From the human T2T-CHM13v2.0 reference genome, Homo sapiens, in NCBI RefSeq assembly GCF_009914755.1, contig NC_060932.1: 64,000 bases of DNA; one strand, given 5' to 3'. The position numbers and the translations under genes are program-made. Below are positions 16,461-28,260 of the stretch, in pieces (the stretch's first letter is position 1; each line of letters opens with the position of its first letter). The notes below the pieces were generated by a model. That model saw only the letters and a list, made by a program, of their open reading frames with translations. It was not told where the DNA came from and did no database searches.

Positions 16461-17371
16461 TTTGGAAATGTCTAAAAGGATGTATGCTAAAATGCTATCT
16501 CTGGGCTGTAAGATTGTAGGCGATTTTCATTCTTTTCCTTATAATTTGTATTTTCTGAATGCTTGGTAAAGAGAATAATCGGAATAAAAGAAGGTACTTC
16601 CCCTTAGGAATCCAGTTTAGGTTATTTGTGCTTTTCTTCTCATCAGTAGCCAGAAAATGGTTGGGAAAAATGGGACAGACAGAGCAACTTGTAAGGGTCC
16701 TGAGACTGCCCTGGGAGCCTAAGGTGATTATAGCTTTTCTTTCTGGAATAAAGAAAAAAGATTCAATAAACAGTTAAACAGAGTTTGGATTTCTTTTAAC
16801 TTTTGTTCTGCCAAGTATATAGCCCATGTGTAAGAAGAAGGTATTTGTCATACCATACTAGTGTTTTATTTATTAGGAGGAAATGATGTATTTTGATGTC
16901 CTCACAGAGGTAAATGGAGCAGGCTTATTTGTCTCTGTAGGACTATTTGCACTTTTTATCTTTCTAACAGCATCAAAATGGAGCTGACTCCATCAAGATT
17001 GCCTTATGCTCATTACCTTAGGGGAGGTCTGAATTGGCTGGAGGAAGCAGGCATGTGGGGAAAAATGGAGACCAAGCCCCAGAATGGTTAATCAAGTGTG
17101 GTTTAGAAGCCCAGTTTCATATTATTTATTTTTCACAGGAGTTTTGTTCTTTAAACAAAAGAAACAAGCGCAACAAGCATGGCCATACCTTAGTGGGTCC
17201 ACAGTTAGGTCTGAGCTTGGACCTGTCTCCTCTGCATCTGCAGTGGAGCCACGCCTCACTCGACTCAGTAGCAGGTCATGTGTATGTGGGAATATTAGGG
17301 ATTGTAGGAGGGTTATTAGCATCACTGGAAGCCTCAAATTTGAATTCAATCTTAAAAACTGGTAGTTTAGG

Positions 17372-17576
17372 GGGAGCTGAATGATGAGAACACATGGACA
17401 CATGAGGTGCAGGGGGAACACACACACTGGGGCCTGCAGGAGTGTGGGGGTGGGAGGAGAGAGAGAATAAAGAAGAATAGCTAATGGATGCTGGGCTTGA
17501 TACCTGAGTGATGGCATGATCTATGCAGCAAACCACCATGGCACACGTTTACCTGTGTAACAAGTCTGCACATCCT
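17372..17576 (+). mobile_element. Older L1PA (PA13-like) 3' UTR fragment without poly(A)
   Basis: GGGAGCTGAATGATGAGAACACATGGACAC...GGCACACGTTTACCTGTGTAACAAGTCTGCACATCCT. Confidence 0.85.
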
Positions 17577-17579
17577 TAG

Positions 17580-18045
17580 TTTTATTTTTTAGACCACTTT
17601 ATTGGGGCATGATTGACATGCAAAAAGCTGTGGATATTTAGGGTATACAACTCCATGAATTTGGGGAGAAGTATACACCTGTGAGACGATCACTACCATC
17701 ATATCAAGGCCATAAACACATCCATCACCTTCCAAAGTTTCCTCCCACCTTCTTTATTATTGTCATTATTATTTAATTATTCATCTTGGTGGTAACAACA
17801 GTTAACATTAGGTTTACTCCCTTAGCAAATTTTAAATATACAATACAGTCTTGTTAGCTATAGGCACCATAGTAGATCTCCAGAACTTATTTATCTTGCA
17901 TAACTGAAACTTTGTACCCTTTGATCATCACCTCTCCTTTCCCCTGCCCCCAGGGCCCTGGCAACCCACTGTTCTACTCCCTGCTTCTGTGGGTTAGACT
18001 ATTTCAGATTCCACATGTAAGTGAGATCATACAGTATTTGTCTTT
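17580..18045 (-). mobile_element. L1MA-type 3' end fragment
   Basis: TAGATCTCCAGAACTTATTTATCTTGCATAACTGAAACTTTGTACCCTTTGA; CAGATTCCACATGTAAGTGAGATCATACAGTATTTGTC. Confidence 0.8.
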
Positions 18046-19204
18046 TAAAGAAACCACCAGTATTTTATTACTTTTATGCCAGGAAGCCTCTAAATTTTGT
18101 ATTATGTACATCCTTTAGTGAATAGAAAAGTGTGCTGATAGCTTTTGTTAATGTATTTCTGAAAAGTGCAAGAAAATGCATTATTTACAAGCAGGTTAAA
18201 CATTCCTCCTGCAATTTCATTTATGAGCTTAATTTTCCCAAACCCTCATGAATATCAAAAGGTAAACTCCATCTCAGCACACAATTAGTGGCTTTATATA
18301 TATAATTCTTATTTGATCATTAAAACAGCTTCTGAGCTCTGCAGACCAATCTCTTCTCCCCTCTTGACCCTGCCAGCCTTTATTTTGCTCTAGCTTTATG
18401 CAATGACCTCCACCCCTGCCAGCCTTTTTGTCTGACTAGGCCCACATATGTGTAACTGAAATATCATGAATTCCAGATGAGTAGGATCCAAATTTGTGAG
18501 CTTATTCTATATGCTTATTAATTCCACTGCCCCACACAGGTGGAAATGTGGTTTTGAGAGATGTTGGACACTGTGAATGTTCTCCATGCACTGCAAGGAT
18601 GGAAAAAACATGTGCTAAATAACTCTGAGCTGACCGACTGTAAAAACTCATGGTGCGCAATAGCTCTTAAATTTTTATAATGGCCTGCTTACCTTTGGTG
18701 GTCTCATTACAAGGCTTCAGTAATTGTTACGTTGGGATTCCGTCTAATGGTGGAAGCATGAGGTAACATTGTTTTAAGATTTCTTAAATGAGTTAATACC
18801 TGGGAGGTGCCCTTGCCCCTTTTCACTCATTAAACAGAATGTCTTTGTCTCTTAGCTTATATTAAATACATTTAAGGGGACAAAAGAGTTCCTAAAGGGA
18901 ATAAAAAAATGTACTGGAGTGAGATGTAAGAATGCACCTAGTCAAACCCTGCATACAAGCTTATGATGAGAAGCTAGGTGGTGGTCTACTTTGTTAGGTT
19001 AGAAATGTTCTTAAAAGAACACCAGCTACCAAAGATGGGAACTGTGTGTATATATTGAAATAAAGTGGGAAAACCAGGTCAGCCTGAGGATTAATAGGAG
19101 GCCAAAGTGGCTTTAAAAAATAGGCAATTGAAGCAAAGTGCTTTTAAAGTTTCACTTATTTAATTAAAAGTCACAATTATTCATTTATCTGAAGCTATGG
19201 TTTC

Positions 19205-19995
19205 TTTCTAGATTCATGGTTAAGAATATTGATTCTGGTGCTAGACTTTCTGTCTTCAACTGTGGGCTAGCTTTGTCATATTGGGTGAGTTGTTCACTTC
19301 TGTAAGCCCTAGTTTTCTCATCTGGTAAATGGGGAAGACAATAGTATCTTATAACATTGTTATGTGGCTTTTTTTTTTTTTTTTTTTAGGCTTTAAGTTT
19401 TAGGGTACATGTGCACAATGTGCAGGTTAGTTACATATGTATACATGTGCCATGCTGGTGCGCTGCACCCACTAACTCGTCATCTAGCATTAGGTATATC
19501 TCCCAATGCTATCCCTCCCCACGCCCCACCCCACAACAGTCCCCAGAGTGTGATATTCCCCTTCCTGTGTCCATGTGATCTCATTGTTCAATTCCCACCT
19601 ATGAGTGAGACTATGCGGTGTTTGGTTTTTTGTTCTTGCGATAGTTTAGTGAGAATGATGATTTCCAATTTCATCCATGTCCCTACAAAGGACATGAACT
19701 CATCATTTTTTATGGCTGCATAGTATTCCATGGTGTATGTGTGCCACATTTTCTTAATCCAGTCTATCATTGTTGGACATTTGGGTTGGTTCCAAGTCTT
19801 TGCTATTGTGAATAGTGCCACAATAAACATACGTGTGCATGTGTCTTTATAGCAGCATGATTTATAGTCCTTTGGGTATATACCCAGTAATGGGATGGCC
19901 GGGTCAAATGGTATTTCTAGTTTGTTATGTGGCTTAAAGGAAATAATCCATGTAAAACATTTAAATAGCATGATGACTGGACTCAATAAATACTG
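19205..19995 (+). mobile_element. MIR split by an L1 insertion
   Basis: ATGGTTAAGAAT..TCTGGTGCTAGAC..TAGTTTTCTCATCTGGTAAATGGGGA, resuming after 19921 to CTCAATAAATACTG. Confidence 0.7.
19371..19921 (-). mobile_element. Young 5'-truncated L1 (L1PA2-like) 3' end
   Basis: Pure poly(T) tail, ORF2 C-terminus (EIPFDPAIPLL...SLIGGN), ACTAACTCGTCATCTAGC (GAG-type, not the L1HS-Ta ACA); perfect 14-bp TSD TTGTTATGTGGCTT at 19357-19370 and 19922-19935. Confidence 0.95.
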
Positions 19996-20100
19996 TTAAT
20001 TTATGAGTGGTTCTTGTTCCACAGATGGTGTTATTTCTGCTCTAGACTTGAAGGATGTAATATATTTTTAATATATACTTTGTGTCTTCACACATATCTT

Positions 20101-20406
20101 TTTTTTTTTTTTTTTTTGAGACAGTCTTGCTCTGTTGCCAGGCTGGAGGGCAGTGGCGCAATCTCAGCTCACTGCAACCCCCACCTCCGGTTCAAGTGAT
20201 TCTCCTGCCTCAGCCTCCTGAGTAGCTGGGACTACAGGCACCCGCCACCATGCCTGGCTAATTTTTATTTTTTATTTTTTGTATTTTTAGTAGAGACAGG
20301 GTTTCACCATGTTGGCCAGGATGGTCTTGATCTCTTCACCTCATGATCCACCCGCCTTGGCCTCCCAAAGTGCTGAGATTATAGGTGTGAGCCACTGCAC
20401 TCAGCC
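20101..20406 (-). mobile_element. AluSc-like
   Basis: Antisense Alu with GTTGCCAGG and CCAGGATGGTCT; TSD CTTCACACATATCTT at 20086-20100 and 20406-20420. Confidence 0.95.
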
Positions 20407-20475
20407 TTCACACATATCTTATTTGATTCTTCCCACCATCTTTTGCGCTAGGCAGGGTAGGTGTTATTATCACCT

Positions 20476-21330
20476 TGTAATAATCAGGGTAGGGTAGGTA
20501 ATATAGTTTGGATATTTGTCTCCTCCTAATCTCATGTTGAAATTTGATCCCCAGGGTTGGAGGTGGGGCTTGGTAGGAGGTGTTTGGGTCATGGGGGTGG
20601 ATCACTCATGAATGGCTTGGTGCCTTCCCCATGGAAATGGGTGAGTTCTCTATTAGTTTATGTGAGAGCTGGTTGTTGAAAATAGCCTGGCACCGCTACT
20701 CTTGTTCTCTCTCATCCTCCCTCTCTGGTCATGGGATATGCCAGCTCTCCTTCTTCTTCTGCTATGATTGGAAGCTTCCTGAGGTCCTCACCAGAAGCAG
20801 ATGCTGGCACCATGCTTCTTGTACAACCTGCAGAACCGTGAGCAAAATAAATCTCTTTTTAAAAATAAATTATCCAGCTTCAGTTATTCCTTTATAGAAA
20901 CATAAAACAGACTAAGACAGTAGGCTTCAGTAATAAATAGGCCCCCAAAACTTTGGTGGCTTAACCCAATCAATGTTTACCCATTGCTCATGAAACAGTC
21001 CAAGGAAGGTATTTTGGGTTAGAGGGCAGCTTCTTTCACAGGGTCATTCTGGGATATATTTTCCAGCTTTGCCATCCTTTAATATGTAGACAACCAGGTC
21101 CTCATCATTATCCACGTGCAACTGGTGGGAAGAGGAAAAGGTGGCACAATAAATTTTTGGCTTGAAAAATGGCTCACATCACTTCTGTGCATATTCTGCT
21201 GGGTAGGAATGACAGTTACATGGCCATGTGTAACTGGAAGGGACACCAAAGATAGAGTCTAGCTGTGTGCCTGGGGAGAAGATGAAACATATGACAGATT
21301 TATGGTGAAGAGCTAGCGGTCTCTGCCACA
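20476..21330 (-). mobile_element. Old MLT1 (K-like) LTR interrupted by the MSTB
   Basis: CCCCAAAACTTTGGTGGCTTAA, CACATCACTTCTGTGCATATTC, GTTACATGGCCA, ending TCTCTGCCACA. Confidence 0.6.
20499..20919 (+). mobile_element. MSTB-type MaLR solo LTR
   Basis: ATATAGTTTGGATATTTGTC...ACTAAGACA; 5-bp TSD GTAGG at 20494-20498 and 20920-20924. Confidence 0.9.
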
Positions 21331-23850
21331 CATGCATTTAACAGGGTGAACTGAGTTCCTGGGAAGCTAATGCAATTCGCCCAATGTGGCATAGATCTTT
21401 GTAGCCATCGTCCAATATGTTGGGATATGATGTGAATCCTAGCTAGAATCGTAACTGGGGGCAGTGGGGCAGTGAAGAGGATGTAGAAGGAAAATAAGAC
21501 AGAGCTGGGGTCACGGAGAGCTAGCCGGACATGTGGCGTGGGGATGCCCATCCAAGCAAATTCCCTGGAGGGTGCTCACAGCTGCTTTGTTTAGTGCTCC
21601 ATGCCACTTTGCTTGCATTTCTTGCTGTTTCTTTTTCCCATTTGTAAACGCCTGCTGGGCCACTTGCCCTGGGTAAAGAAGTTTCAAATCTCCACTGAGA
21701 TAAAACAATAGCACCTCCCCAGCTGCTATTGTTGCAGGCACCCTGGCTGCAGGCTCAAGGAGAAAACCTTGAATCAATTTGCCTCATGGAGGCCGAGGAG
21801 TTGGCTGCCTGCCCTTCACAACTTGTTAAAGTGAACACTTAGACTCTAGGGGGGCGAGAGGGTTGATTCTCGCTCCGTGATCCTCCCCACTGATTGTTTT
21901 AGGTGCTGGGATGTCAGTGTCACAGTTCTGGGGTGGGGGAGGGGTTTAGTGCTGAGCCTTCCATCTCTTTCTTGCCTGAAATGCTTTTAAAAAGTAAAAC
22001 TTCAATTTTGCTGGAATTTTGCCTAGATACTTTTTCTCTCCCAGCCAGACTCAGATACTCCCCCAAAGTTGTTCCCTTGGGACAAGAGTCTCAAAAGCCC
22101 ATGGCTCCTCCCATTCTGGGAGAGATGATTAATACTCAGGTCACATACACTTCAGACCCATGATGGAGGGGGCTCCCTGTCCATCCTGGCCGATGGCCGA
22201 TTGGACCAGCCAACAAGTTTTGTTTTACTTGACATGAAAGCTGGTTGAAGTTAAGCAGGAGACATGTTTTTGTTTCTTTAATAAATAAAAGTAAGGACTC
22301 TGTACATGAATAAAAGTAAAAGTCACTCCCCTGAGGATTTTAGGCTTCCAAAAATAGTCCCAAGCTTAGCCAAGGCCAATGCAGCCAGAATTTCCATGGA
22401 AAGCTTCGCTGGTGAGGAAGAGGCAGTGCCAGGGGATGTACAAACAGGCTGTCCCGTCTTCTCCCCCAAGCCCTTCCTGTCTCAGCCGCCGGGAGTTTAG
22501 AAAACAGGTTTTTGAAATCGGGTTCATTTTCTGGTTTGAGATAAGTCAATGGCAGCAGCGGCACTATTTATTTCTCATGGAATCCAATTTAGGGGCTGCA
22601 AGGGCTCTATGGAAGTGGATGGCGAGGTGGTTTACAGTGGAGGAGTTGGAGGAATTTGTCCTTGTCAGACAGGGAAGACTTATTTCTTGAATGAAAGATG
22701 CAGCAGGAAAGTTATACTAAACAAACAGATGTTTTTAAAACGTCTGTTTTAAAGTAGCTTTCTCTTCCTCCCAATAATTGATTATTCATGGCAAAGGCGA
22801 GCCGGTTAACAGCAAGAAATTGTTTCCCAGTATTTGTTGTTGGAGATTCCCGCTCTTCAGGATTTGCTGCACAGCTTAGAGGGCTGTTGATCTTGTCCCC
22901 CTGCACCCACAGCCCAGTTGTCTCTCCTTGAACGAGACTGTCTGAAGTATTAGCATTTTTCTGCCCAGCACACTTTACTGAAATTAGGGTTTTAGGGGAA
23001 CTATTAGAAATATGAGAAAAAAAGAACTGTACCGGCCAGGGTGGGTCGCACCACCTCTGCTGTACAATGACGCTTAGAAGGTGCTGTGGCTCAGAGGAAC
23101 AAACCTGAAGTTTCAGGAAAGCGGATTTTAAAAATAAGCACCCTTTTGTGGGAGGGAGGGTGGTGGTGACATTTTTAGCTATTAAAAATTCAGCTGCTTG
23201 GGAATCAGTGCATAGTTGCTTGAAAAATGGTTTTTCATAAATGAATGTGTTCTTCATGAAATTAAGGAGACTTAAAAAGGGCTCAGAAGGCAAAATCAGA
23301 AAACCTTCCAAGGGTACCTCAAGCTGAACGAAAGAGGAAAATATTCTTTTCTGCCATCTCAAGTTGTAACTTGGTTTTTCTCATGTGCTCTAATTTGGAG
23401 GGTGTATGTGTGTCTGTGTGTGTGTTCAGAATATGGAGAAGGTTTAATTACACACATTACCCATCAGAAACTTACCAAATACCGGTTTGAAAGACAGAAA
23501 AAGTAAACTGGAATAAACAGTGATTATAAATTTTATTTTAATTCATATTTTTCAGTGGGCCAAATAATCATGGCAACAGGACTTTTAGAAGCACGTCCTC
23601 TGAAAGCCATTTTCTGCCTGTGGTTGGAAAGGGACTGTGAGTCTTTCCTCAGGAAGTCAGTAGCCCTACCTGGTGAGGTGATCAAGAGTTTGCTAGCACA
23701 AGAGATGAAGGTATGTCATCTTATTTCCCTTGATTACACTGGAGGGGAAGGTAGCAAACTCATTAACTGTGGAAAATAATACAACATGTGTTTTTATTTT
23801 GGAGTCTTCAAAGAAATGATTTTAAGAAGGCTTCCTGGTCACTTAAAATT
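21330..23850. promoter_or_regulatory. Repeat-poor block, candidate enhancer or lncRNA promoter region
   Basis: No recognisable TE over ~2.5 kb; several retained CpGs; clustered SOX, GATA and FOX-like motifs. Function is inferred only. Confidence 0.35.
23556..23710 (+). other. Candidate 155-nt exon
   Basis: T-rich acceptor ATTCATATTTTTCAG| with a branch-like TTAAT just upstream; donor AAG|GTATGT. Confidence 0.35.
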
Positions 23851-23859
23851 TTAAAACAA

Positions 23860-24140
23860 GGCCAGGTGCAGTGCCTCACGCCTGTAATCCCAACACTTTG
23901 GAGGCCAAGGCAGGCAGATCATTTGAGGCCAGGGGTTCAAGACCAGCCTGGGCAACATGGTAAAACCCCATCTCTACTAAAAACACACAATTAGCTGGGT
24001 GGGGTGGCACACGCCTGTAGTTCTAGCTGCTCAGGAGGCTGAGATGGGAGAATTGCTTGACCCCAGGAGGTGGAGGTTGCAGTAAGCCAGGATTGCGCCA
24101 CTGCACTCCAGCCTGGGCAACAGAGCAAGACTCTGTGTCC

Positions 24141-24168
<28 letters not shown>
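23860..24168 (+). mobile_element. AluJ-like
   Basis: Sense Alu with A28 tail; TSD-like AAAATTTTAAAACAA / AAAAGTTTCAAACAA. Confidence 0.95.
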
Positions 24169-24173
<5 letters not shown>

Positions 24174-25469
24174 AAACAAAACTACAATCACAATAACTGA
24201 AAAACAAACAGTTTTTTCTTTTTGGTTAGAAAGAACTCGTGCACTACAAAGACAAATCCCACTTGGGCCAGAAGCATATGTTTACCACTGGTGAGCTGAG
24301 ATTCTTTGACAATGCCCATCTTTCATGTTTCTAGTCTTGGATACCCTTCTTGTCAATTTTAGCTGTAAACATACTTAAAAGTTACAATCCTATCCTGTAT
24401 GTTTTGATACCCAACCCTTCAGATAGTCGGTCAGAAGAGTATAGTGCTGCTAAGAAATGTTGTAGTCTCATTAAAGATACATTTTAGTGAGAATGTTCAA
24501 GAAATTGTCTGCTTGTGAATGCTTGTCTCTGTGTTGGGAAAACATCTGGGTAAATAGTAAAAAAGAAAAAAAAAAGTCAGTTAATAAAGAAGATGGTGTT
24601 TTATAGTATATCAGATCTTCAAATGTTAGTCCACCCTGGCAGTGCACCTGTTGTAGACAGCAATGCCTCCCTTTATAAAAGAACATCTCCTCTTTCCAGC
24701 TTCAATCATAGAAACATGCATTTCAGTAAACAAGTCCATCTTTACCATATGTTGTGCCTTTCACAAGTCCATAGCCTTCAATGTTAACCCTCCTGGGTCA
24801 TCTTTCTTACTTGAAGTGGCTGGCTCACCTGTTTTGACCCTTCCCCATAATGAAGTTTCTTTTCTTTCTCAGTGAGAATTTCCATTGTCTTCAGGTTGGT
24901 GTGCCTGCATCTCCCTTAACCACAATCGTGGATTGTTGCATGCCTTGTAGGACACCTAAACGTCACTCCTAATTTGAAGATGAAGAAATTGAGCCAGGAA
25001 TGACAAAGGGGTTTCTCCTATCTCAGTGTGAATATAAAGGTCACCTGCTTTGTTGCCTAAATATTTCTCGGAGCTGTCACCACCTCTTTCCCCCAACATC
25101 CTCTGCCCTAGGTCAGTATTCATCACCTTTCTCTGGACCCTATCAAAATTGCCTCTGGTGTAGTCTCTCTTTAGCTAGCCCCTCCCACTGGAGTTAGACC
25201 AGTCAATCTAAAATATGAATGTGGTCAATGCCACTTCTGTGCTTTATACCTTCAGTGAGTACCCATCACCTTTCAGATGAGTTTCAAGTTTTTTAGCCCA
25301 GTATGCCAGCTGTGCTGTGACATAACCTCTGTCTCTCTAGCCTGATTTTAGAAAATCTTTTTCATCTCATTCTTTATGTTCTGTTAACATTGAGCTGCAC
25401 GTGGTACCCCCAACATATATCCACACCACCAAACTTCACTTACATTTGAAGTTTTGCTCACATTGTTCC

Positions 25470-26040
25470 TGTATCAGTCAGATGTTTTGGTTGCAAGCAA
25501 ATGAAACGAACCCTGGTTAACTTAGGCTTGAAAGAAATTTATTAAAGGGACATTGGGCAGCTTACAGAAGTGCCACTAAAGCTGAAGAACTAGGTCGGAG
25601 GCTAGCCAGCTGAAATCATAGCTCAAATCATGCTCTGGAACAGGTCTATTGAGTTCACACCACTGCAGCCCCCAATGTTGTGGCCAGCACTGTCCACACT
25701 CTGACACTGGGACCTGGGTGCTGCCCCTGGCTCCTTTGGCATCACAGTCTCTGGGAACAAGACCTTGGGATGACGGCTGACGGTGCCAGAAATGACTTTT
25801 TGTGGTCTGTGTTTCGTTGTACCATTGGCTCCTGATTTAATGCTTTTGGCATATGTATCTATCTGATTGTCCAAACCTAAGTCACATGCCTACCTAACTG
25901 TATAGAAGAAAGGGAAGTCTCAGGGTTGTACACCTTCTACAGTAGGAATTCTACCAAGCTTCAAAAGGAGAAAAATTCTCTAAACAAAGGAATGAAGTTC
26001 AGACGCTGAGCATCCCAAAGAAGGATAACTGGCCATTATA
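25470..26040 (-). mobile_element. Old MLT1 (J/L-like) LTR within L2 sequence
   Basis: TGTATCAGTCAGATGTTTTGGTTGCAAGCAA...TAAGTCACATGCCTACC. Confidence 0.55.
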
Positions 26041-27479
26041 ATTCCTCAGCCTTTGTGACAATTCTGTGAGCTGCTCAGTGTCCTTTCATGGCTAACTTGC
26101 AGTGCTTTGTCACATCTTTATTTGCCTAGTTAAATCTTGCCCATGTTCTAACATAAACACAAGTATGTTTGCTGCAAAGAAGTCTTCCTTACACCCCAGG
26201 TTGGGATTAATCTTTTCCTTAGCCTTTGGGCATATTTATGCCTTATTGGTTATGACATTTTATTGTGTTCCTGTTTAAGTATTTGTGTCTGTGTCTCATT
26301 TGTAAGCCCCCCACGGGTATGCACTTTGCCCTAGACATCTTCCAGTGCCTAACACAGTGTTTGGCTTATAGGACATGTCCAATGAATTCATTCATTCACT
26401 CACTCATTCACTCACTGTTTGTTGAACTGAATGGAGCTGAATTGCCAAAGATTACACACGTAATCAGTGACATAGGTGGAGTAAAATTCAAGTCTCTTCA
26501 CTTTAGTGTTTCTAAAGTAACGGAAGCTGTGACATCCCTCCTTTCCTCTCCTTTCCCCTCTTCCACCCTAATCATTATTTATTTCTTTTCACAGTTTAGC
26601 TTCTGCTAGTCTTCATCCTTCCCAGTAAATTTCTCTCCTAACCATTGCCTTGGCAAATGGTTCAAGGAACCCAGAGCTGTTGATTTGTAAACTGTGGCCC
26701 TGCCAGGTCAAGGAGAGGCATGAAAACCTTGGACTTGGAGTAAGCAAATGCAGAGAACTTTTGGGAAAATATGTGCAGCTACAATTTTGTCTTCAGTAAT
26801 TATGCCAGGAATTGAATTAGGTTTTCTTGGAGCAGAAGGTCTAATAGATCAATGCTCTGGCCCATGAGCCCTCCAGCCAAGAAGTGCATGCGTTTTTAAG
26901 AGGAACATAAACACAGCTCACACTGGTCATACAGCAGCTTGGGTAGATGGATTTATACTTCAGCAGACAGTTGGTCCCTGGGTAGAAACATGGGCCAAGG
27001 GCCAGGAGACCCCCAGTTCAATTTCCAGTTAAGTCATCTCTGTTTATTTCTCACAAAATACATATTTAAAAAAATTTGAAATTAAAACATCATGCTTAAA
27101 ACACTCTATAGTAAACAGAGGCCTTAAAAGAAGATCTGTTGCCAGCATCACTTTTTGTTAAAGCTGTATCCAATTTAAAGTTTATTTTATACCCAGGATA
27201 CGGAATGGTGCACAGAGTGCTGAGAAATCACCACACATCTGAGCAGGACCAATCAGATGTTTTGGCAGGACATCTCCCTGAACGGGACACCCCCAAGCTT
27301 GTGGGGGTGGCTTCAGGCATTGATGAACACATGTGGACAGGCACAAGGGGCATTAAAAACAAGGTGTGTGCATCTACAACCCTCTCCTTTCTGCTGCTCT
27401 CAACAAGTTCTATTGATTCTACCTCTTACATATCTCTCATATTGCTCCTTTGTCTTCATCTTCTCCCCACCCTGGTCCC

Positions 27480-28000
27480 ATCGCTATCACCTCCTAATTG
27501 GTCTCTCTGCATCCACTATTGTCTCTGTCCAATCAGTCTGCACCATGTCACTCACACCACCCTCATCTACTTCAAATCCATCGGTGGCTTCCTGTTGCCG
27601 TTAGAATAAAGGCAAAAATTCTTAACATGGCCCAAGCCCTTATGATCTGGCCCCATCCAGCTCTCCAGCCTGATCTGCCCTCTGTAGGGCAACCACGCTG
27701 GCCTGCCAGCCATGTGACCTTGTGCCACATCCCTCCTGCCCCAAAGACACCCTCGTGCTGTTCCTTCTACCTTGGGAGCACTCCACGATGCCCTACCCCT
27801 TGTTCTTCACTGGCTTAATGCCCACCTATGCTTCAAATCTCGGTTTTGAGATCACTTCCTTAGAAAACTCTTCTGTACCCTCCCACCCCCATGAGATCCC
27901 CTTGTTCTCTACTCTCACAATACTGCAAGAGCATTTTTCTGCTTTTTAGCATTTATTGTCACTTGAGCCGACACATTTATTTCTGTGATTTGAAGAATCT
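27480..28000 (+). mobile_element. L2 fragment
   Basis: TCAAATCCATCGGTGGCTTCCTGTTGCCGTTAGAATAAAGGCAAAAATTCTTAACATGGCCCAAGCCCTTATGATCTGGCCCC. Confidence 0.7.
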
Positions 28001-28260
28001 TGTTGTTTCCACTAACAATACTGGAAACATGTCTGGAGGACTAATTGCAAACCTAGAAGTTTCTAAGTGTGCCAGTATATTAACATACTTGGTTTTTACA
28101 AAAATGGAGAAAATATTTCCTATTTCTACCCTCCCTTAGGGCTTAGGTAACTAGCTCACGGCCACACAGCTAGTAATCACAGATTTGGGATTTGAGCCAG
28201 GCCGGCTGACCCCACGGTGCACATATTTCATCATGATTCTGTGTTGCCTTGCTACTACAT

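Noticed and set aside
19588-19986. 132-aa ORF, and ORFs at 40255-40867
   Set aside because: L1 ORF2 C-terminal remnants.
21843-21858. CTCF-like motif CTCTAGGGGGGCGA (also 23045-23063)
   Set aside because: Both deviate at core positions; not supportable without a PWM scan or ChIP data.
27139-27609. 156-aa ORF (also 13807-14235 and 34771-35217)
   Set aside because: No recognisable domain or exon context; the 27-kb ORF runs into L2 sequence; such lengths are expected by chance.
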